Positions 33,189 to 42,521 of a DNA stretch of 42,521 bases are shown here, piece by piece. The notes below the pieces were generated by a model that did no database searches, was not told the DNA's origin, and saw nothing but the letters and a program-made list of their open reading frames with translations. Both the position numbers and the translations under genes were made by a program. Origin of the DNA: Asterionella formosa (taxonomy: Eukaryota); assembly GCA_002256025.1 (NCBI GenBank), contig NKIB01014584.1:1-42521 (forward strand), in the 5' to 3' direction. The stretch's first letter is position 1. Each line of letters starts with the position of its first letter.

Positions 33189-34396
33189 ATGCCTCGGTTT
33201 TCTTGTGCCACATTTCTCTTGTTGACCGGCGTTGCTGCCTTCAGTCCGGCTTTCACAACCAGATCTTCCTCGACGCTCCTAGCTAAAAAGAAGGTCTTTA
33301 TTGATGGTGAAGCCGGAACCACTGGTATTCAAGTCCGAGGCCGCCTCGAAGCTCGCGATGACCTCGAAATCATCTCTCCTCCAGATGAACTTCGTAAGGA
33401 TGAAGCGACTCGCAAGGCCCTCATTAACGAAGCCGATGCTGTGATTTTGTGCCTTCCGGATGCTGCTTCCATCGAAGCGGCATCATGGGTTACGTCTGAT
33501 AACGACCGCACCGTCTTAATCGACGCGTCCACGGCCTTCCGCACAGACAGTACTTGGGATTATGGATTTCCAGGTATGTTTGTGAGGTTTTGTTACTTCG
33601 GGACGTGAACCTTGTCAATGTCTGTTTTAACATTATCTTCACTTATTTCAGAACTAAATGCTGCCCAAAAGGAAGCCATAAAGAAAAGTAAGAGGATTTC
33701 TAACCCAGGATGCTATCCAACTGGATTTATTAGCTTGACGAGACCGCTTGTTGATGCCGGCATTCTGGCCAAGGGAACCCCTCTCACAGTCAATGCCATT
33801 TCTGGATATTCGGGAGGAGGCAAGGCCCTAATGGAAATCTTTGAAGCTGGAAAAGCAGAGCCGTGGGGAGCTTATGGATATGGCTTGGTACGCTTTAGTT
33901 CTCTTGCCTTGTTGTTGTCTCAAGATTTTATTTGTACGTAATCTGACGAGTATCTTTTTCCTTGTAGAAACATAAACACATTCCAGAAATGGCTAAATAC
34001 AGCGGATTGGCAGAACCCATCTTTCAGCCCCAAGTCGGCTCTTTTCCTCAAGGTATGGTCGTCTCTGTCCCAATACACTATACTTGGATGGCCGAAGGCA
34101 CCACTGGCGAAAAGATTCACAAGGCTCTTTCGGACCACTATGAGGGCTCTACATTTGTCACAGTCATGCCCAAAGGTGAGGTGAATGTTAAGGACATGTT
34201 GGAGAGAGGCGCCTTCCTCCGACCGGATACTTTGGCAAACACGAATCAAATGCAATTATTTGTCTTTGACAATGATGCTGCTGGGCAAGTGGTCTTATGC
34301 GCTCGATTGGACAATTTAGGAAAGGGAGCCAGTGGTGCTGCAGTGCAGAACTTGAATTTGGCGTTGGGTATCGAAGAGACGACTGGTCTGCTCTAA
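33189..34396 (+). CDS. argC: N-acetyl-gamma-glutamyl-phosphate reductase (type 2 ArgC), plastid-targeted, 349 aa; exons 33189-33573, 33652-33887, 33968-34396
   Basis: Motifs KVFIDGEAGTTG, IDASTAFR, ISNPGCYPTG, SGYSGGGK, HKHIPEM, LDNLGKGASGAAVQNLN. Signal peptide plus VAA-FSP motif plus S/T-rich transit peptide. Confidence 0.95.
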
Positions 34397-34923
34397 TAAC
34401 GGCTGCCACATTACGCTAAGATTTTATTTCGTAGAGAATAATAGACACGGATTTGAGTAAACGAACTTTTTGATAATTTTATTAAGAGGATTATTCACAT
34501 GAGGCCCAGCATATGATGGAAAAATCTGAGAGCAGTTGCTTGTTTCTGATCTTAACAAAGCTATGGTAAGATCCCAAAGGAGGAGTCTTAGCAATTGGAC
34601 GGCTCGTTGTTCGCTTCCCCAGTCAACCATATTGTGAAATAGATAAGAGATAATTTGAACGGAGTACCTGGTAACAGGGTACCATCACCCAGAAACTAGC
34701 TTGAGGTCGCACACGGGCTAGCATATGACAAATGAACCCTGTAGTAGTGGAGGTTAATTAAACCATGCTTGCATCATTAGGATGTGACAGTAAGAAAATA
34801 AGATTTTCCAATCTACTTTGATGCTATGTGTAAATTGATGTTTCGTTTGTTAAAGTGAAAAAATACAGGATATAGTCTGCCGAATATGAGGATACAAAAA
34901 GATTCAATTTTTTCCAGCATAGC

Positions 34924-37063
34924 CTAACGTTGAATTTTGATAAGCCCTCTTAGAAGCTTTTTGACAGTCAAGGTGAGGCGGGTTCGGTTGTACAAATCGC
35001 CAGCCTGACGAAGTGTTTCGGCTGCGGTGGGGTAAGGATGAATGACTGCTGCCAGCTTACCCAATCCAGTATCAGACTGCATAGCAAATGTAACCTCACT
35101 AATCATGTTCCCGGCGTTGGGACCAACAATAGATGCTCCCAAAATCTTGTCGGTCTTCGCATCGACACGGAAGCGGACAAATCCAATAGTTTCATCATCA
35201 CATATGGCACGGTCGTTGCTTTCAAAGTGCTTGTCGAAGATACGGTATTCAATACCTCGTTCCTTGAGATCCTTTTCATATAGACCAACACTCGCAATTT
35301 CTGGCGATGTAAAAGTGGCATAAGGGATCAATAATTTTGACATTTTGTCATTTCCCAAAAATAAAGCATTACGAATCACAGCACGAGCCATGAAATCTGC
35401 TGCATGTGTAAACTTGTATTGCGAACAGCAATCTCCGACACCATACACCTTGGGGTTGGTTGTTTGGAGCTTGTCATTGACAGTAAGCCCAAGGTTGACA
35501 TCGTACTCAACGCCTGCTTTTTCCAAGTCACAACCGGTGACATTAGGACGACGTCCTGCAGCAACCAATAAAGCATCACAGATTAAAACGGTTGGAGTGG
35601 AAAAAGATTTCTCTTGGATAGTAACCTTCATTTCTGGAAGTCCATTTTCACCAACGTTTCCAGTCAATGAGATGCCCTCGTATTTGTCCACAGAAAGGAG
35701 GAAGGTGACTCCATCTTCACTCATTTGGTCCTTAACTATTTTCGCCATGTCCTGGTCCTCCTTTGGTAAAATTTCTCCAGATCTTCCCAAGACGGTTACA
35801 GAGGTTCCAAGACGCTGCATAGCTTGTGCCAATTCCAGTCCTATGACACCGGCACCAATGACAATCATATTTTTTGGTTGACTGGTCAGGTTGAACACAG
35901 TCTCATTAGTCATGACCATCGGAGATGAGTTACCAGATTTCTTTGTTGAAGTAGTTTTTTCAAATAGTTCCTTCAAGCCAGGCATGTCAATCAAGGTAGG
36001 ATATCCACCAGTGGCAATAACGGCACGCTTGAAGGTTAAGGTCCTTCCATTGACTGATATAGTCTTTTCACTAGTAAACTTTCCACGTCCTATAAAGACG
36101 TCAACACCGAGTTCCTTTGTATAACGCTCAGCAGAGTCGTGATGGGAAATCTCGGCACGAACCTTGCGAATACGTTCCATCACCTTGGCGAAGTTTACTT
36201 TTACAGCGGTTGGTCCACCGTCAATCGAGATACCAGCTGCCTCTAATTTTTTCATGTCACCCCGAAGTGCATGCGCCAAATTGGCAGAATGAATCATAGC
36301 TTTGGATGGAACACAACCTACATTAAGGCTTATTATAAGAATCAGCTTTGAGAAAGGAAAATATGATTGTGATTGTTTCGTCGCTTATCCATACTTACCA
36401 ATCCCCTCCAAGCATGTGCTCCTCAATCAATGCAACTTTGGCGCCCACTCCAGCAGCACCAGCAGATGTAACCAAACCACCTGCACCGGCACCAATAACG
36501 ACCATGTCATAGAATGACGAATCCTTACCTGCGTTTGCAGCAGGATCTTTCCAGTTGGGAGGGTGAACATGGTCTAGTAAAGTAGTGTTGTGCTCATCCA
36601 ATGGCCATACAAGAGCTGCAATATGTTCATCCTTCGTATAGATAGCGCCAAAATCAGGCTGCCGAAACTTTGGTTGAAGACTCTGGTTTTCCTTAGATTG
36701 AAGCGAGACAGGGGCCAAAAAATCTCCCCATCCAAGTTTCTTGCCAGTGGCTACATTGATAGCATGTGATCCGCGCTCTTGGCCAGTGAGCAAACGATAA
36801 AACTTGAAATCATCTGCAAATTCATGATCTCTAGTCACGTGTTCCAAAAGATTGTATTCTGTTGCCAACGTCTTGCCAAGCCAGACAGCATCAGCACGCG
36901 ATTCTGCCATACCAGAAGATACCATGAAGTCGACGGCTTCTGATCCAACAAAACACTGCTTGTAAGTCTTGAGTCGATATTTTCTGTCTTGAATCTGGAC
37001 ACCTTCCTTGAATGCCTTGGCAACCTCGTCGAGAATGTTGGGTTCTGTCTCTGGTAGACTCAT
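34924..37063 (-). CDS. DEP-domain + class I pyridine nucleotide-disulfide oxidoreductase (MerA/LPD-like) fusion, 689 aa; exons 37063-36399 and 36328-34924
   Basis: N-terminal DEP signature IQDRKYRLKTYKQCFVGSEAVDFM...HVTRDHEFADDFKFYRL. Also GAGAGG, GAGVIGLE and IHPYPTAAE. The 70-nt intron 36398-36329 restores GGDCLNVGCVPSK. Confidence 0.9.
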
Positions 37064-37336
37064 TTGTCTTCTTGAATTGTTGTTATAAGTAATTGGTGGT
37101 GATGATAACAATTCATGCTCTTTCAATTCATTTTCTGTTATGAAGTGCTTTTGATTTGTAAAGGAGCAACTAGAGTTGCTCTACTGGTAGTATTTTGAAG
37201 TACCTACAGCGATATTAAACATGCGAGCCAGTCCAACCAAGTCCACAAAGATCCTGACTATCGGAACACGGACCAAGTCACGCCAAGGCCACCTACCGGT
37301 ACTAGGTACCAGGTAGGAGTACTTGGTACTTGGTTC

Positions 37337-37528
37337 TGTTCGAATTATTAATAACTCACACAGAAAACAACTGTTGTGGAAATCGATGAACTAATAAATT
37401 TATGAGTGGTTCAGCACAATTACTTGCAAGGTCAGCAAAGGTCAGGAGTTGAGGTGGCTTTGCTGGAGTGATGACGTTCTGGGTTGCTTGGCGGGAAAAA
37501 CCTGGATATTCCCTTGGGTTTCTCAACA
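37337..37528 (-). repeat. Putative 3' LTR (192 bp) of the Copia fragment
   Basis: The minus strand begins TGTTGAGAAA (37528) directly after the PPT and ends TTCGAACA (37337), giving TGTT...AACA inverted termini. Confidence 0.65.
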
Positions 37529-38080
37529 CACCCTTGCCCAGAATGGGAAGAATGGAAGAATTGGCAGAAATACGTGAAACTGTTGGTGGAGTGAGTGCAG
37601 GAGGCAGACACTGGGGCTCGGCTAGGTTGTGGGAGCGCATGACTCGATGGTGAGCTGGGGAATGATGTTTGGTGAAGTAGTCAGCCAAATTTTCAGCACT
37701 GTGGCGCCATTGTACAAGAAATTGGCCTTGGCGGACTCTGTCTCTCAACCAATAGAAATGCATGTCGATGGCTTTAGAGCGGCGCTGTTTGACAGTATCG
37801 TTGAGGATGCCAGTGGCACAGGCATTGTCGGTTTGGATAGGGGTGGGTGGTTGTGGGTGGCCCGCCAGGTTGGCCAAGGTTGTACAGAGCCAAGCAGCAT
37901 CCTTTGCATTGTAGAAAAGGGCACCCAATTCAGCTTCAGTGGCGGAGGAGAGGACACGCGCATGATGGAACATGGCATATGGATAGGACCATTGAGTGGC
38001 GGGGGGAAAGCGTCTAGGGGTGGGGGTGCAGTTGGGTCTTGGGGGCGTTGACTGAGATAGAAGTAGCCACCAGCATCTGC
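37337..38080 (-). mobile_element. 5'-truncated Ty1/Copia LTR retrotransposon (diatom CoDi-type): frameshifted RNase H, PPT and 3' LTR
   Basis: AGGYFYLS...NGPIH / VLSSATEAELGALFYNAK...TPIQTDN...KQRRSKAIDMHFYWLRDR...NLADYFTKHH. On the minus strand, PPT-like GGGCAAGGGTG is immediately followed by TGTTG. Confidence 0.9.
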
Positions 38081-38756
38081 AAATAAAAACAATCATATTT
38101 CCATGATGCATCATAGGATTGTGATCATCTGATCATGATTTTTCGTTATATCATCTAATAATTTTGATAAATGCCCTTGTAATTTAAATAATAACCCCTT
38201 TGACTACATATATTTAATTATTATATGTATTGTTTCCATTAGATTCCTGTATTCGAATTTCTTGGTAGGATAATGTACCAGCTGAAGTAATGTAATTTGG
38301 CTCGTCATTTCGATCCGTCATCACTCTGATTTTTGCAACAACAACGAAATACTAGCGATGACAAGTGGTATGATTGTTTGCGATAACGACATCTTCAATT
38401 GTTGGTCAAGTGCTCATTATATCTTTGAGTAATCGTCATGTGCAGTGAACCATTGTTCATAATCATTCAATTAAGAGTTTACAGAGAAGAAATCATTCGA
38501 ACTCAAAATGTTTCCGCACACAGCGCACATTGTAAATCCATTTCGTCGACCACCAGCATTACAATCTCGCCAATCAATCCATAAACAAACACATTCTACT
38601 TGTTCTCGTTGACATTTTCAATTCTCACATGATACTGCATCTACTATTGAGATTCAGAATAGAAGGAGATACGAAAATGTAACAGACTACTGTCCACATA
38701 GCTATTGTTATAGAATGATTCTGACTACAATTTCTTTTTCATATCTCTCATTTCTG

Positions 38757-39232
38757 CATTTGGCATGCTGTAATTGTATTTACTATTGAACTTGTCCGCA
38801 TCTTTGATACCATCAAGAGAGCGAAAGCAAGTGGCTTCTCTTCATTGTTGTTTGCTTGTAGGAAATATTTGATATCCGTATTGTCATTTGCTTGTTGGAA
38901 GTGTCCGTTGCCTCAAACCTGCTTGGCGTGTGCATACACACACTGCCGACTTGTTTTCATTGGTATGTTGTTCTTGTATTCACTGTTGAACTTGTCCGCA
39001 TCTTTGTTACCATCAATAGAGCGACAAGTGGGTTTCTTCATTGTTGTTTGCTCCTGGAAAATTCGGTGTCCGTGTAATCCTCATCAATAGAGGGACAAGT
39101 GTTCTTCATCATTGCGATTTGCCGCTGGAAAAATTGGTACCCGTGGTATCGTCATTTGCTCGTTGAAACCACTGTCCGTTGCCTCAAACCTGATTAGCGT
39201 GTGTGTATGTGCACTGTCGACTTGTTTACATT
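38757..39232. repeat. Degenerate ~200-bp tandem duplication with internal sub-repeats
   Basis: TTGAACTTGTCCGCATCTTTG.TACCATCAA at ~38786 and ~38986; TGTCCGTTGCCTCAAACCTG at ~38903 and ~39173. Confidence 0.75.
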
Positions 39233-40005
39233 ACAGGAGTGACTTAGCTACTAAAGTGCGTGTTATAATATCATACTCCATAGAACGATGCAGAATACTA
39301 CAGTTCCCAATCATCTCATCATGATTGATAAGATGATAATGTGATATCACGATAGGTTTACATCGATACATACATCACCAAAGTATGATACGTAATATTG
39401 AATAAAGTATATCACATAGCTATGATGCATTGATCATAGAATTGTGATGATTTCTTAAAATGTTAATGATATATTTTTAATCAAAATATGATCATGTTAA
39501 AATAATACAATGACAATAAAATACCATAAAATATGTACGCAAGTGTTATCGATACATCACAGAAAATAAATAAATAGATCATAATTATGTTACTTAATAT
39601 ATAAATTCGACTTTAAATGTATACAGTAAATGCCAACAGTTAATATGATAGTATTATACAGTGGATATTATCTAAGTATACGGATGCGTTGATATGTACA
39701 TCACTATAATATGATTTGTGATATGGATTGATGCATATCACATACTGGTATCCTCAACAACCAGCCATCACGTTCATTTTCGTGTCGTTTTTCCTTGTTA
39801 TGGCTATATATATGCCAGCATGTGTATTGTGAAAACACTACGCTGGCGGAACATGCATATTACACTGCTGTGCTCTGTTCAACAATTACTACCCTTGGTT
39901 ACCATCACACCAGCTGCACCTCCAAAAGCGCAGCAAAAAGCTCCGCATTTCCCTTCCACTGTTTTACATCATAGTCTTCTGGCCCTTTGACAACTTGCTT
40001 TCCAA

Positions 40006-41940
40006 ATGGCATTTCATGGATTTCATGCAAAGGATCAGTCAAACAAGAAACGTGACTTACTTCCATTGTTTACACTACACGACTTTATGTTTTCGGAAAA
40101 GAAGATGAAGAAACTTATGAAATCAATCGAAGATTCATTTGAATACACTCAAATAACAAATGAATTTGAACAGATTCATAATAATCCAGAAAAAATAATG
40201 AAGCTAGTATGCCGATACAATAGTGGCAGAGATTGAAAAGAAGGAAAGATTGCTTTCGAAGAGGAAACCCAAACAGTAGTTCTTTGTGGATGAAGGCTCT
40301 ATTCCTACAGAGTCACAGTGGTTCCAATCAGTGTCGTATTTCGCTCATTCTCCTGAAATTGCTGATAATGAAGAAGAACTCAGTGATTCTCATTCATTTG
40401 ATGAACAAATTCATGCGATGAATGAAAATACCGGCGGAAATGGCTGTGGGAGACATCACTTCTGAAGTAGAAATGGTTGAAAAGTTGCAAAACCAAGAAA
40501 TATGCTGTCTCACTATTCGTCCAGAACATCAAGATTAACATCATGAAAGCAGAGCAGAGAAACTATTGCATTTCTAAAAGAAAAGCAATGTATTCAAGAA
40601 AAATTCCGAGCTAGATCAAGACCTTGAATTCAAGAAGATCAATGCAGACAGAGATGTGATCCTGGCTAAGGCAGTTGATGCACTGAGTCGGGAACGAAGT
40701 TTGAAGAAAAAAAATTGAATCTGTTTCCAAATCATACATGGAAGAAAAAGAATTTCTTTGTAAAATCATTGAAAACAATCCTGAAGGCAGCTAGCTACTT
40801 TTGTGAAGAGTCAGCATGTGAAATGTGTAGAGTTATTATGCCAAAGCAAACGGCAGCCATTTTCCTTGAGTTTGCCGAAAACGCATGGAAAACTAAAATT
40901 GTGGAAAGATTTGTACACCTGGACGCACCCCACAAGAAATATGCAATTACGCCTCTATATTTTATGGAGTCAAAGATATCAAAAAATCATCTTCAGATTT
41001 TAAAGATCTTGCATATTGGGATGGCACCTTGAAACAAGTACCTTCCGCTATGATTCATTATTTAATTCATGAAATTCATCCAACTGATGTAAAGGTTATA
41101 TTTGATCTGGATGAGAACCCAGAAAAGGGTAATAACAACCCGTATATATGACATACCAAGGTGATTGTCATCCACTTCATCATGACAGTAACTATGTGCT
41201 AATTGATTATTGCAAAAGATCAGATGAGGAGGAAAACAATCATTTTGTGCATTATCTTTTTGTTATAAATGATGGATTATGTCAAGTCCGTGATCCAGGA
41301 AAAGATGCAAGTTTGGATGAACATTATGATCAAGTATTTCACTTGCCCGAAAGTACTGCATCATCCCTGGATGCAAGAAACAATTGGAATTGTTTCGCAC
41401 CGATACAGGATATCTTCCACAAGAATACCATGCACCTGAAGAAATTGGTTTATCGGAATCTTTCTATACTGGCACCAGAGCACCATTGCAGATCATTATG
41501 GCCACTGAACATGATTCCATGTTATTTCAACCAGAAGATTATAGTGGATGGTCATGTGGACCATTTTCAATTGTGAAAGTATTGGAAAATCTATTGCAAC
41601 TAGAAAGGAATGGCGAAACCAAATTTTTGGCAGCCGGGCACAATTCCGTTTGGAGACGGAGTCCTGGAAAGTTTTAAAACGTCAGGTGGTAGCAACTGAT
41701 CGAACAGACGATTTGTTATCTGTTACATCTGACCCACCAACCAAGTCAACATACATTAATCTTGAAACATTTTGGCCTCAAATGACAACGATAAACATTC
41801 GTGAGGATATGTTTCAGTTGGAAATAACTATTCTTCAATTTTGTATCGACAAAATTTTGAGCTGCCTCCTATTTAGATTTAAAAATGTTGAACGAAGTAT
41901 TTGGACGACTTCCTTGCAATTAATCTTTCAAGAACGATGA
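40006..41940 (+). pseudogene. Fragmented coding relic, including a possible Ulp1/C48-like cysteine protease remnant; probably part of a decayed large transposon
   Basis: A chain of short same-strand ORFs broken by stops and frameshifts. CHPLHHDSNYVLID ... VINDG ... QPEDYSGWSCGPFSI resembles the H-D-Q-C order of C48 proteases. Confidence 0.35.
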
Positions 41941-42521
41941 TGTTGTCAAGGTGAAATCCATGATCCAACAAATGAATGAAAAAGTTGCTCCCTTCAGATG
42001 GCATAATCATGCACCTCTTGGCCAAATTTCTGGGTGCATCAAAATTGACAAAAAGTTGAAAACATATTTTTAAGTGATGATAGCCCTTCTGGAATCAAAT
42101 TGAAAAAATTTACAGACTCATGTCGAACTGCAGCCAGTTGAAAAGTGGAGAAGAAAAATTTCGGACGAAACGAGAAGGACCATCTTAGGTTCTTTGGGAG
42201 TGAAAAAGAACAAATAATGGGCGGACCATTGGGATCATCCAATCTCATCATTCCTCAAGACATTTTAGTTTGTGAAAACCTTCTAATAACTTAACTAGTA
42301 TGTGAAACTATATTATCACTATTATTTATATTATTCTTGTGTATTTATCAACATTCGCTTGACAGTTTTTGGTCCCACCCGATTGATTTCCATGAATGAC
42401 GTGGAGGCATGGCAACATAAAAATTATCTTTCCGTATCCGTTCCAAACTTCTTGCGGTTTCAGAGATTTCCTTGGCTTGATTCCTATGGTTTCAAAGCAG
42501 GAACAACAAATGCTGCCGAAA

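Noticed and set aside
34924..37063. Calling the reductase merA or lpd
   Set aside because: It lacks the MerA C-terminal Cys-Cys and NmerA domain, and has HPYPT rather than the LPD HPT..E context; no symbol assigned.

Overview
Eukaryotic nuclear DNA, most consistent with a diatom. Evidence: short GT-AG introns, an argC with a bipartite signal peptide plus 'VAA-FSP' (ASAFAP-type) plastid-targeting motif, and a diatom-type Copia fragment. Eleven intact protein-coding genes can be built: a DAO-family FAD oxidoreductase, a large acidic Mrc1/Claspin-like protein with a DEK-C-like domain, RPL3, a gamma carbonic anhydrase, a probable CENP-N/Chl4 kinetochore protein, syntaxin-16, thymidylate kinase, a Kaptin-like beta-propeller, an orphan two-exon gene, argC, and a DEP-domain/flavoprotein disulfide reductase fusion. 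Between them lie decayed transposon-like DNA, a ~94-bp MITE family (3 full copies plus solo ends), a Copia 3' end with an LTR, and self-complementary TA-CC(A/T)GG-TA / TA-CCGG-TA tracts near gene 5' ends. These tracts may be accumulated excision footprints of the same MITE family. All homology calls come from motif recognition by eye, not database searches.
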